NCBI GenBank assembly: GCA_000708835.1
Contig: DF237323.1
Span: forward strand, 1 to 64,000
Source of the DNA: Klebsormidium nitens
Taxonomy: Eukaryota; Plantae; Klebsormidiophyceae
Direction: 5' to 3'
DNA: 64,000 nt
Part shown: positions 11,601 through 30,300 of the stretch, piece by piece
Layout of the letters: each line of letters starts with the position of its first letter
Numbering within the stretch: position 1 is the stretch's first letter
Made by a program: the position numbers and the translations under genes
The notes under the pieces: generated by a model
What the model was told of the DNA's origin: nothing
Database searches by the model: none
Seen by the model: only the letters and a program-made list of their open reading frames with translations

Positions 11601-14600
11601 CCGACGGGAACCCAATTCTACAAGCACACGGTTGTACGAGAGCGGCCGAAGCAAACCCGGGTGTTGTCACTCCCTGTTTCTGATAGCAGGCAGCAATCGG
11701 ACCCTTATCCAGACCATATTTTCTGCATTGAAGTTGACTCATTGATACCGCGAGCCTAATTCGGAGCTTCAATCGCAGAGGGCTTTTAGGACAACTCGAA
11801 ATGCCTGTAGAAAACTAGGAGCAACTCCCAGTGTGAGCAACCTGCCCCCAAAAAGACTTTCTGCAGTCTGAAACCGCTTGAGAAAGAATCGAGGAAACGA
11901 TCACGGTCTTCTTCTTCCGAACTTCACGATTTTATAGCATTTGGGTGACTTTCCATTCTGTTTGTGCACGAAATCACGTTCATAGTAAACCAGCAGACCC
12001 ACAGAACGGCTACCACTGACGAACTTTGCAGAGCTCTTGACCGTGATATGAACGCAACGCTACTAGGGAAATGTGCGAGATGTATGCAGAAAATCACCTC
12101 CTGTAGCAAATGCGTCCCTTCCGTCGACATGTAAAACACGCGCTTGATCGGCGACGGCAGCGGGGGGCACGCCCCGAGCGCCTTATTCACATTGCGCACG
12201 CCGCTCTGCTCCAGCTCGGCGGGCGATGGGTGTGAAATCATGTTCTGCCCCCGGATGATCTCTCCGTTCCGCAGTTCCGCTCCGAGGACGAGCCGGTCGT
12301 TGGTGGAAACGGCCGGAAGGACTAGGCTGTCTTTCGGAATGGCGGAAATGGAGGAGTATGTGAAGATCGCGGCGTCCATGGAGCGGAAGAAGGTGCGCGC
12401 GCCCGCGAAGAAGAAGTTGCCAATGGAGCCGTTCTGGAAGGAGAAACGCTCCGACGAGTGCCGCAAGATCTGCACAAGCGAAATGCACTAATAAGACATA
12501 GCTTCTTAGTCGCAGTTTGAGAGGTATTTTACAACAGTTAAAGGGCGGAACAACGTGCGCCCAGAAAAAAGCTGCTGGTGGAGCCGTTTTGGAAGGACAA
12601 ACGCTCCGAAAGTACCGCAGGATCTGCACTGGGGGGAAATCTGTCAATACGACTTTGCAGTAACAGCTAACGAACAAGTTCGCCATTCAACTTAGCGTTT
12701 ATAACCATGCGGCATATCAGCGTACAGCAAAAAAGTTGTTGTTGATGGAGCAATACTGGAAGGAGAAGCACTTCGACGAGGGTTGCAGAATCTGCAGGCA
12801 GAGATTTTCGCTCAGAATCACTTCCTAGGATCCGTTCAGAAGGCATCCACGATCATGAAGAAGCGCGGAAGCATGTGCGGGCCGACGAAGTTGCTGGCGA
12901 AGCCCTTCTCCAAGGGGAAGCGTTTCAGTAAGTGCTGCAGAATCTGCAATTGTAAAACTTCATTGGCACAACTTCGTAACATCAGTGGAGACACATATGC
13001 ATCATCGAAGAGGCGCGCCGCACCCCTCAGGTTACATAGACATAGCCGATCGAGCCACCCCCAGAAGAAGAGATTCTCCGCAAAGCAACTGCAAATCTGG
13101 TGATTTCGGATGAGTCTTCGCTTTCACCTCTCCTTCTTGGATGTGGTCGAACCTGGCGGTGTCCCCTTTGACCAAGGAAAGAAACAGAAGGTCCAGATGG
13201 TCGTCAAATTTGACAAGAAACTCACACTCGCAAAGACTCCGACTTTACAAGCCCACGCACGCGGCACTCCTCAAAATGCATTGGACGATTCTCGCAGATC
13301 CGCTCACCTGTGTATGAAAGTGAACCAAAAACGCCCGGATTGTATCCTTGTACGGGTCCGACACTCCCGTCCACAGTTCATGCTCCCCCTCCACAATCGA
13401 GTACCACTCCATCTTAGCCCCCGGGGCGTCGACCGGAAGTCGGTGGCCCAATAGCCGCTTGACAGCTAGCGCTTCCTCGCTGCTCTCGTCGGAGAGTCGC
13501 AGGCAGCGAGACCGGATGTCTCCGACTGCGGGGCCCCCTGATTAGGAAAAATGAATGTAAGATAGAGCATGATAACATGAGGGACGCTGGAAGCGCAAGA
13601 CTTGATCCCCTTTGATGATAATGCTAGTGGCCATTGTTTGAACCCTGGTCAGATCAGGTAGGCTGAGGCAAGGCCTAGTGTCTCCAAAGCTGGTTCATAA
13701 GGCTTGCTTCCAACATCAGATCAGTACTTGATTGGGAGGCCCTGGTCATGAGGTTGCAAAATCTGTGAGTGGACTTTCCTTGCTATGTCTGGGCCTTGCT
13801 GGAAGGAAGCAGACACGAAAGCAAGACTTGTTTTAGAAAACATGCTGAAAGGGCGGTTGGACAGCCTCAGATGCACAGTTGGATTGGCTAGGATCCAGAG
13901 TCTATTAAATATCAGAATAACGCTTTGAGTGTGTCTGCGCAACACTGAACAGGAAGAAAAGCAGCTTCAATCAAGTCCAGCTTCGATCCAATGTACTCAG
14001 TCTGTATCCTGTCTGGATTTGTTCGCTTGTATGTGCCTGGGTGTGTTGAACGACGTATTTGTCATTGGACGCATTGACCAGCCCTTTGTCAAGATCAACC
14101 CCATGAGAGAACAACTCAATTTTAACATGAAGTGAGGGTTGCTATGAAATCTTCTTGGAATATTTGAAACCAAGTCACATGCTAGACTTGAAAAGGCTAC
14201 TTGATGGCAGCAAGTATTGCCGAACCGTCATGTCACATCAAGAGAGGTAGCTTGCTCACCCAAGACCCTCACAATCTCTGCCGTGCTGCCTCCATCGTCC
14301 GATACAGGAAGCACGTGCGACACTCTCGTCGTGAAGTGCTTCAAATCTTCAACCACGCCATTGAATGCAGTCCCTCCAGAGAACACCAGAAGTGAAGGGG
14401 GTTGAGCGCGCGCTGCAAATATGTCAGGTGCAAAGGTGGCCAAAGAAGGGTGGAGTTCCTGCTCAGGAAGTAGATTGGATCCACTGGGGCCAAGCCTCAA
14501 CTCCTCTGAGCTCTCAGCTTGCGCATTTGGCTGGGGTTTTGAAATGGTTTTTGTATGAGGAGAGCTTTCATGAACAAGGGACTGGGGTGCGAGACTGTGA

Positions 14601-15004
14601 TCAATCGGGACCCCAGGTCCGGATTGGTCGTCCATAAACCCCTGCCTTTGAGAGCCGTCCAAATAGGGCCGCTGCGAAGCATTGCTTTGCTCAGAGCGTT
14701 CGAGAACCCCAACAGCAGCAGTGGTTTTGACAGCTTCTGATCTGACTGTTAATTGAGGGCTGAGATACACTCCCTTTGCCACAAGCTCACAGCTTTGCTT
14801 GCCGAACTTGGAGATTACGGAGCCGTCCCCTTCACCCCATTGAGTTTTGGCTGCAGAAGGGCTGAGCTGGCAACTAGGCGTGGGGCTCGGAGGACGGGCA
14901 ATTGCTGTGGCGGCAGCAATAGACAGCTTAAATGCAGTCTCTAAGGAAGCTGGCGCAGAGAGAAGAGGGACAGAGGAGTGCATTGCCAATGAGGCTGCTT
15001 GCAT
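8660..15004 (-). CDS. UPF0052 / CofD-YvcK-like protein (plant MEE18-type), ~610 aa, 8 exons, long N-terminal extension (possible transit peptide)
   Basis: complement(join(8660..8773,9087..9179,9725..9853,10266..10313,11116..11217,12098..12469,13308..13537,14260..15004)). Family motifs VFSGGTAFN, VLPVSDDGGST, GPAVGDIRSR, GSIGNFFFAGAR, AIIYGMGSLYTSI, LLNGTHDRET. Phases are consistent. The start codon is uncertain (15004 chosen). Confidence 0.9.
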
Positions 15005-15725
15005 TGGATGCAAACCCCAATTTCCCTTGCGCGTCACATGAAAAGAAGCTCTGCCAATGCTAGGACAGACATTCAGCGATAATGAATCTGCTCGCAGAAG
15101 GTGCACTCCAAGTGTCTGCTAAGATAGCGCCTCAAGAAAGGCACCATACAATTGAATGTACCGGTTTCCCTGCTTTAAAGATCAACGAGAAAGCGCCTCC
15201 TTTCAGACCTTTGAGAGCTGCTCTTTTTCTGCTAGGTAACCACGAATTTGCTAGCCAGGAGCTTGCAACCAGTGCCTGATCTTTTTGAAAACGAGCCCTC
15301 CCTTTTGTTCAGATCGAGGACGTCTTTCTGAATCTAAGAAAGTTTCTTCTGTGCCAGCAAGTGAAGTTTCATATCATTTTCCCCTCTGGCTGTACATTTC
15401 CAGGATTACGGTACTACAATAGAGCTGAAGCGTAGCTCGTATGAATGCCGAAGTTCTACGTATGCAACGAGTTCAGGACCATGCCCGGACGCTCCACAAA
15501 TCGAAAGCTGTCTGCTTATCTGACAAGATATTTTTGATATACGACTCCTTGCAAGTTGCATTCAGGTCATCTTGGAGAAAGTGAGCTGCTGAGCACCAAG
15601 CTGGAGGGCAAGCTCTGGACGGTGAGCCTGCATTCAAGGGACGAATCACAGGATACGAAGGGAGGCAGCCGGATTTGCTGACATACATTTCAGGACCTTG
15701 CCTGGCGTGACAAGGATAAAGCACG

Positions 15726-21662
<5,937 letters not shown>

Positions 21663-24180
21663 CGAGTTTGTCGATCCAAGAATAACGAGAGCGAAGGCGA
21701 GAAGTTGGGAAGAGGTTAGCAGGGCTAACAACCAATCCGCGAAACATCGATAATCGAATAGCGCTCCCTTATTGATGAGATTTTGACTTCGAGAAGAGGA
21801 TAAAGAGAGTATTAGACATCTGATTACCTGAGACTGCAATGCTTCTTTTGGATCGAGTGCACTTCGATCTGGAGCCAAATGACGAACAGTTTTTGGTGCA
21901 AATAGTACAAAGTGCAAACTCACAGCCCTGTTGTTATCGTCACACTGTGACACTGAGGCTAAAGTGCTGTATGTTGCTATTTTGGCGCTCTCAGGCTCAA
22001 TAGTGAACTCCGTGTCTGATGGCTGACTGATAATCGAGGATGCAATGCTTGATCATACGATGATTCTGAAAAGGCCTTGCGGCGGCGGCCCCTTGCCCAT
22101 AGCTAGGCGACTTTCTTGAACAAAGCTTCACAGATTTGAGGGTCAACCGAGGAAGTGCCAGTGGTGGTTGGTTGTAGTAACGTGACTCAGTGCCTGGGTG
22201 AAGCAGCCTGAGCATATTTACTTCGATTCCTTTTAAGTTAGATTATTTGTTTGTCTGGGCTTCCACCTTTGGTGGCTTGTCGAATTGCATGTCGACCCTC
22301 CTTCAGTGGCACATATATGCGGCTTGCTGGTAAATCCTCGCCGTGAGAGATCCATTGTGACCTTTGGCCGGCCACTCAGCCATCTGTCTAAGTACGCTTT
22401 GATCCTTTTAAAAAGACAGTATTGCAGTCACTTCTTGCCCGCAAATGATCGCGTTTCGAGGCTCCCAGTTGAAACCGGCGAAACTGGCCGATTTGATTTT
22501 CAAACTTTGATGATCTTCCTTTCGTTTGATTTGATCAATTGAAGACGAATTTTAGAGCGGCAAACATCGCAAGGATGACAAGGTTCGGTCAGAATAACTC
22601 TCTAACTGTGTTTTGCGAACGCGTCAAACATGCTCGGTGTTCTCAAGTGCATGATCAGCACTAGTACGATAACTGGCGACTAACTGATATGGCCAGAAAA
22701 GCCAAGGCTGCCAATTCTAGAGTTGGGAAAGAAGCTGCCAGCAAGTCTTGACAAATTTAGATTGCGTGAACGTCGCTGGCTATGATGAGACCGTCGCCCA
22801 GATTTGACGTCAGTCGTGACAGCCAGTGTTGTCAGAGTATGCGACACTAGTCTAGTTCTTGTTCTGTAACCGTTGGGATTCTCATCTCTAGCTCGCGTGA
22901 CCATTTCAAACCATTGAAACACTTGTCAACCAAGGAGACTCGTCCAAAGCTAGGTGACTGGGACTTCTAGCTCCGATACTCATGGGGCTCCTCAGAAAAC
23001 GTTCGCCTTTGTTGAGCATCTGATGCCACCCGGCCAAGACCAGTGGGGCTCGTGCGTAGCTTGATTCAGACTTCTTCCCGCTTTTCCTTTGATGATGCCA
23101 GTATGCCACATACATCTTCCCGTCACTCGAAATCGAGACTTTTCGGAGCGCCCTAGCCGGGCGACCATCTTTATTGTTTGCAGATTCTTCAGATTTTGTC
23201 TTTCGTCTTTCGCGCCAATCAGGGGCTCTTTGATTTCTCAAGGACGCAGTAATAGATCTATAGTCGGGTCTAGCGAGCTAAGGAAGGCAGGCAAGCTCAC
23301 TAACTTGAAAATACCCCGCAAATGTCTCCCCGGATCGTGATGCCAAAACAAATTTGTTACTGTATCACGCCGAGCGGATTCAATCTAGTGCATCGCATCA
23401 TGTGCGCCAAAAAGACGCCCTCTGACTGCTGCCAAAAGTCTGCTCGTAGCTGTGCCTTCGCTGTATCGCACTACACGGATGCCTTTAAAACAAGAGAAAG
23501 CGTCAGGATCGTATCCGACGCAGCGCCGGCCGTGACTGAGCTTTGATTCGTGTCTACCGAAGACACGAGCATTTCTCCTCATGACGCCGTTTGCCAACAT
23601 CAAAACGGCCCCTCTGCGCAGCTTCGCTTTCGGGCCTATGCGCGCGCAAGTTGCCCACGTGAACCTCATGGATCCACAAGGACCCACGTGGGGTAACGGC
23701 AAATAGGATCTGCGGAGCCCATACTTCAGCGGGGCCCCTATTTGCCTTTGCGCGTGCGAGACGCTCAAGAGAATCTCAGTGAATATAACTTCTCGGTTGC
23801 TGCGGTGCTATAGGTATTTAAACTTCACCTACTGAAGCGTCTCGTCCAGCTGTTGCTAACGAGCTTCGGCCGACTCTCGAAAAGTGTGCGGTTCCGCTGA
23901 TCTGTGCAGTTTTTCCTACAGAGGAAGCGTTGCTTTGGCTACTTTGGTCAAGATGTGCAAACCTGCGAAGCAGGATGGGCGGTACATTGTCTTTTTGGCT
24001 GTGACGGAGCCTCGCATGTCCGAACAGACAGAAAGATTCAGCTGGTAGTCATGACAGCCAGGAGCAGCCAAGTGTCAAAATCTGCCGGTCCGTTACGTTT
24101 TTCTTCAAACCAGGTTGACGTCATGACGTGATTGATGTACTGTCAGCACTGCGTATGAGGAGTCGCTTCTTCCGTTGAAT

Positions 24181-24264
24181 AGGCGGTGATCAAAAGTGCG
24201 AACGGATCCTGTGGGAAGTTTTCTGAAACCCCATCACGGTTGGTACACTGTCTCGCTGACGCCT
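24181..24264 (+). ncRNA. Box C/D-like unit (family F)
   Basis: aggcg-GTGATCA...CTGA-cgcct, perfect 5-bp terminal stem. Confidence 0.45.
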
Positions 24265-24763
24265 TTTCGATGATCTTACTTCTCGAAGCGTGCTCTTTCA
24301 TCCAAAGTATGCGAGAAGCAAGTTGAACCGGGTCTTCCGAAATAGAACGGATGGTACAGTACTTCGAAGTCAATTATTCTGGGGGCGGTATAGAGGGTAC
24401 TTTAAAATTTCGCTCCAGCAAGACCCCCCAACTCCAATCATCGGTGGGGAGCTTGGGCGGCGCACAGACGACTAGAAAGGCTGAATGAAGCCGTTTCGGT
24501 GGCTGCTGATGCCGCATAATCAAAGCAACTTTCCTTTATCGCCTAAAACACTGAAACCCCTAATACTTTAAAACCCGAAAACCCAAAAAACCGTCGCCAA
24601 GCGCTTCTGGTATGCATCTTGCGCCCATCGAAGAGGCTTGCTGATTGACGCTGAGACTTGGATCCGGACCGGTCGCTGTTCTTTTCATTTTGGGTAAAGT
24701 CGTCGGCCTGATTGATGACAAAACGGGCCGGGGAGGTGGTAAGAACTTACTCGACGCAACACC

Positions 24764-24827
24764 GGCAGTGATTGAGTTTCGTCTCATGTCTTGCAAAGAC
24801 ATCGACGCAGAAGTCACTCCTGATGCC
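24764..24827 (+). ncRNA. Box C/D-like unit (family A2)
   Basis: ggca-GTGATTGAG...ctcCTGA-tgcc. Confidence 0.5.
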
Positions 24828-26175
24828 ATATGATGAGGTGATGAGGTGAAAACGGCCCCTTTGCGCATCTCTCGTCATCCGCAGGGCCTGGTGATTAACC
24901 TGCCCACGTAGACGCACGTGGGGCAACAGCGAACAAAATGCTGCACCGCCTTTGACCCTCGGCCTGGTCTCAGAAAAACCTGTTCCCACAGCGAGTTTTC
25001 AATGCAACTTTCCTGGTCTCAGCCGTTTTTACAGATTAAAAGCGTATTGCAAACATCTTGTAAAGCCGAGTATTTTCTGCCGATTCTTCGACTTGATTGC
25101 GGTATTTTGCAGTCTGTGCTAGCTCAAACGTAGCGTTGATGAGTTTAAGAACTTAAGGAAGAGTGCCCCCCAGAATAGCAGTTGGGTGCTTTACATTCGC
25201 TTTCTGGCTATTATGGAGCTTCAGAAAAGTCTGACCAGGACAAGGAAGAGTCGCACCGTCTTGATGGCTAGGAGCCGCTCCCATTTTTTTGGCCGTTCTG
25301 AATCTTCGCCGAATGATGTTGACGTCGTCATGACGTGAGGAAGAGTCAGTCACCGTTGCCAAAGCGTGCTTGAAAAAGTAGCAGTACGTGGACAGCGTGC
25401 CTCTCCGCGGAATGATCAAAGTCGTGTTTTCGACATGATCCCAGCTATGCACCTTTCGTTCAAACGGCTGATGTTGTGACGGGCGCGCGTAGGCCGGGGC
25501 GCGCGCGGCTGGGCTGAGCCGCACGCCTCAAGTGGGCGGCTTTGGAAGAGATCGAGCTACATTAAGGATCAACGTAGACTGTCCAGAATTCCGGCATGTG
25601 AACGATCGACTCCGTAAATGGTATTGCAGGAAGACATCTTCTTTCGCAAGAGTCTCGATCGACAGTGCGCCTTTTCTCAAAACTGGAGTGAAGATGTCCA
25701 ATCCCTGATCCGAGCGATGCAAATGCGGTGAGTCGCGACGTCAGTGACTGCCTTGCCTTCTCACCTACAACGTAACTTTACAGCGGTGATGCAGGCTTTC
25801 GTGAGGCCGGTTTCGACCCTTCTCAAGGATCAGCTCGAAGTGTCTGCTGATGCTACGACCTTTTCGCTTGCGTGGTCCGGAAAAGATTGTACCTCAGCAT
25901 CCGGACGTACTTCTGGGCTCTTCCAACGTTCACGACTTCCAGTTGGAGTAGCGGGAGGTCAATCAGGGTTTAAACTAGAAGAGAGCCACTGTCACTTTTG
26001 CCAACCAATTCCGGGACGGACATTGAATAAGATTCCTAAGCCCTTGTATATATTCGATTACTGAAAAGGCGATGAGTGAAGATCCGACCGGACACGATGG
26101 GCACTTCACAGCCTACCCATGCGAAAACTGCCGTCCCAGTGACGCCTTTCAAATTACTGCTGCTTAGCTTCGACA

Positions 26176-26353
26176 CTATAAATCAATACCCGGTTTAAGA
26201 TCGTTTGCTGAGGCCGTTTTGATCTCAGCAATTCAGCTTTTAAGATCAAAATGGTCTGACACAACGTTTAAGATCAAAATAAGCCTGAAAACCTGAGTAC
26301 GTTTAAGATCGAAGTGGCCTCACAACGATCTTAAACGGGGCTATCATTTATAG
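26176..26353. mobile_element. MITE-like element with ~30-bp TIRs and internal TTTAAGATC repeats
   Basis: Left ctataaatcaatacccggtttaagatcgtt vs reverse complement of right ctataaatgatagccccgtttaagatcgtt. Absent from the paralogous position at ~34477-34495. Confidence 0.75.
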
Positions 26354-27946
26354 TTAATTCTCTAAATGAAGCATGCTTTTGATGTGGGTAGTCTGAAATA
26401 AGAAGAGGTACTATGTAGCGAAAGTATGGAATCGTCGGTGATGAGAGTTGCAGGTTGGGTTGCATGTTTTTGGCCCAGAGCCGTTCCCTTGCGGAGAACG
26501 AGCGGCATACACATCGTATGCGTGAGAACGTTAGTCAACAAGTCCTGCCGAAGTCTGTTCGATAGCTTTGTATTTTGCTACGTCGCAGTCCAGTGTCTTG
26601 CAGTACAGAGGGTCTTGATAAACGAAAGAATCTCTACGTGGCGCTGGCGTAACTGAGCTTTGTCTCTTGTCTAGTTAATACATTGACCTTAGCATGACCT
26701 CCTGATGCCAGTCGCACGCCGATCGGCAACAAAATCCAACGACCTCTCTTCGCGTACTACCCAGTCATCCGCAGGGCCTACGGAATGAGGTCCTGCCTGA
26801 TTTCCGAACCCGCTCACTTGGACACACGTAGGCACCGAGGAAACTTTTCAGAGCCATTAGTTTTCCAGCGGGGCCGCTTTTAGTTTGACCATCTCTCCAA
26901 CCGAACTTCAACCGGCTTAGGTGAATAATGGAATCAAACCCCAAAATTATGACTATCTCTGAGTCCATCGCTACGTACGAACTCGCATTCTCTCAGAAAC
27001 AAGGACTCACACGTTTCGTTTTCTCGATCTTCGAAAGGCTGTGTGTCCTCTTTCCAAAAGCAAAGCGAAAGCAAAGTACTATCCCGTGCAAGTCAGACGA
27101 TCGAGACATTTCTAGACTATGCAAACCTTCCGTCGCAGCCGGTGGCGATTCAGTTCAACACATACTCAAAACGTCCTCCTTTAGTCAAGCCCCTCGGCCG
27201 ACCCTTCGGCCTGCAATTCTGCTGATTTGCAATTTGTCCTCCAAGAAATCCCTCTTTGGCTACTCTGATTGGACGAAGTCGAGTAAAATTTGCGATCGGA
27301 TCGGTGCATACATTGCTTTTTGCCTATGATCCTGGAGTTTTGCGTCTGTCTGACCAGCACAGATCGTGCATGACGGATCTCCTGAAGGCCGAAAGCAGTA
27401 CGTTGTACGTTCAAATCGCTGCCGTTGTATAACTTTCTCCGAAGGATGTGGAAGTTATGACGCCATAGATGTCAGTACTCTACCGGCCGAAAATGGCACC
27501 CCGGATTCTTTCAAGCGCGGTTCTGATCTCTGGAAAAGCATGGACGTCCTCGAAATAAGCCAACGTTTTGTAATCATGGGAGTCGATGGTAAAAGAGTCG
27601 ACCTGTAAGTTCGCGCCATTTGCAAAGCAGCCTTGGTTGAAAATCTGACAACGTATCTCCTTGCAAAATTGTGGTCACGAATGTGGGCGGGAAGGAGGAG
27701 ACGTATCAACTTAGAAACCGTCCGCCAGTTGAGCCGGCGCGCTGGCGGAGATGATCATTGCGATGTTCGGTTGCTGCTGTTGGACGCTTATTTTGGATCC
27801 GTTTGTATCCCTGCAGATTAATAGTATGGACTGAACGGTTTTTCATTACGGGGACAATTGTGAAAGTGGTTTGACATGTCCGCGGTAAGATGCACGTCGC
27901 CTCAGTCGCCGTCCTGCCTATTCATCTAGTTGCTAGCGCAACATTC

Positions 27947-28032
27947 AGCAATGATGCAAGATATCTGAGCGGGACTTCAACTTTCCTGTAAGACTTGGCT
28001 CACCGGTCTTCGTTATCTTCAATGCTGATGCT
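27947..28032 (+). ncRNA. Box C/D-like unit (family E)
   Basis: agca-ATGATGCA...tgCTGA-tgct. Confidence 0.5.
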
Positions 28033-29483
28033 ACCATTTTAACTCGCTAGAATCAGATTCGGTTTCTCCTAATCCAGCAGTTCGGGGTTTGACGACTTAC
28101 CTCTTGAAGAGGAATGGCCAGACTCTCAAACTTTTCCGAGTTTCTCAACGAGTCGCATACGGCCGGGCGAAGAGAATCATGGCATACATCTACTTAAGTT
28201 GGGCCCTACCTTGAATCCATACTTTTTAACTATTTTCAGAGGCGCTGAGGTTATGGGGTGCGTCGCAGGATGTGCCAGTACGCGCGCGCGGTACGAAGGT
28301 ATTGCTTACACAAGGCAGTGATCAAAAGTGTGACGGGATGCGGTGGGCAATTCAAAATCCACAGAGTGACATTTCCCCTGACGCCTTTCGATCGCTCCAG
28401 TTTTCGAAGTTGCATATTTTTCATGTGAAGTGTTTGCAATGGATACCTCGTGCGATGCGGCATATTTCGCTACGATATAGTCCCACGGGTGCGATTTGGG
28501 ATATCGCATGTCCTGTTCAAACAGACAGTCTCCTGCAGAAAACAGTACAGCGGAGAGGCCAGATCATTGGGGAAGAAGGGGAAGAAGAGAAAAAGTCGAA
28601 GGGCAGCCTTCAGCGCAGATTCAAGGGACTTAAGGGGGGGGAAATCAACATCTCGTCAAGGAACACCTCGTTACCGCCGCCTGAAGCTGCATGTAACCAC
28701 GGAGAAACATTCCATAATAAAGTCCAGCGTAATATTCTGGGGTAGGCGCATTGATGGTCACGCAACAGCTACCGTTCACGGCGTGCATATGTACTATGAG
28801 ATGGATTCTTGGAAAGCCCGTTTAATTGGGAAGGTGCTGGATCCTCAGTGCACTAGAAGATTTGACGCCCATAAAGTTTATGTCCAGGTCGACATCATGA
28901 GGCCAAGAGCCGCCACGTGGCCTTCGTAATCATCGCGCTCTCCACCCAGCTCGTGCTCAGAACCTGTGCATTTTTTATTCACTCTCAATGTAATCAGATC
29001 AAAATCGTCCTGATTTGGAAAGAAGAATTTAGAGCGCGCGCGGCAAATTGGACTGGACGCGAGCTGGCGATGTTGACTTTTTGAAAGGGGTCTTTGACGT
29101 TATTTGCAGATGGACCCTGTGCATGTCGTCAGTGCCTCCGTAACTTGCCCACGTAAACCCACGTGGACACACGTGGACCCACGAATCCAGCACGAAAAAT
29201 TTAGTGCTCGTACCTAAGCGGGGCCTGTTAGTAAGACTCTGCGCCCCTCAGTCGACGCAATCACAAGGGTTTGGCAGTGCAAAGTCTCTGGTCGCCTCCA
29301 ATGCTTCAGATCAAGAACGTGATGTGGGACGTTTACGTGGAGCTACAAATCATCGGCCGACCCTTTAAAAATTTGCGCTTCCGTTAGCTTTCTGCAAATT
29401 GTGCTCGGATGTAACACTCATTTCGCTACTTGGATTGACGGTCACCACCGAAGTGAAGATTGGATAGGTGCACGAGGTGATTT

Positions 29484-29554
29484 TTGGCAATGATAGAGCT
29501 TCGCGCATGTCTGACTTGACAATCGTAGAATCGTTCTGCGGTCCTGACGGCCAA
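29484..29554 (+). ncRNA. Box C/D-like unit (family A)
   Basis: ttggc-a-ATGATAG...CTGA (D')...CTGA-cg-gccaa. Confidence 0.5.
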
Positions 29555-29964
29555 TGAGAACATAATCAAATCAGGAAATTGCCGTGTGGTAATAATCTCC
29601 AAACGATGTGAACGTCATAAGTGGCTGATGTAACGTGAGCTGCACTGTAATGATGGGGCTTCTGCTGGGCTTTTGCAAGGGGTTTGCACGTATGTAGTCA
29701 ACCAAGTCGAGATGAATATAGTGCATCAATCAACCCGTTTTGAGCGCCAGAAGGGACCGTAGTCCTCAGAGCCATCCGAGTCTCGTCCAGGAGGAGCTCG
29801 ATGCTGAGAGCTTCGCCGTCAAAAAATCCCGGCAACGTTTGTAAAGCTGTATTTCACAGCGCATGTGGTCCCCAAGATATGTGACCAAGTATGCATGGGC
29901 GAAGTTGATGAGACGCACGAATGGCAAGTCTGGTGCTTCAAAGGCGCCGGCTTAGAAATCAAAG

Positions 29965-30300
29965 TATTGCAGATTCGGGCAAACCTGGCCGCCTGACCCG
30001 AGAACCGATTGGGACCGATCGCAGAACCTGCCCGATGCACAGAACTTGGACCGGGCTTGGACCCTTCGATGACGCAAAAAGGCTCCATCGAACGGCCCAA
30101 GTTCTGCGTCTGTTCCTTTGAAAAGGTTTGCCGATTGGCTCTGACCGGACTTGACTGGCCAGGCCTCGCAGAACTTGGGCCGTTCAATGAAAGGCTTTTG
30201 GGTCATCGAAGGGTCTCAAGTTCTGCGCATCGGGCAAGAATTGCGATCGGTCCCAATCGGACTTGGGTCAGGCGGCCAGGTTTGACTTGAATGTGCAATA
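29965..30300. mobile_element. 336-bp foldback / MITE with ~135-140-bp inverted arms and TA termini
   Basis: Arm tattgcagattcgggcaaacctggccgcctgaccc...cccaagttctgcg (29965-30108) is the near-perfect reverse complement of 30167-30300. Confidence 0.8.
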
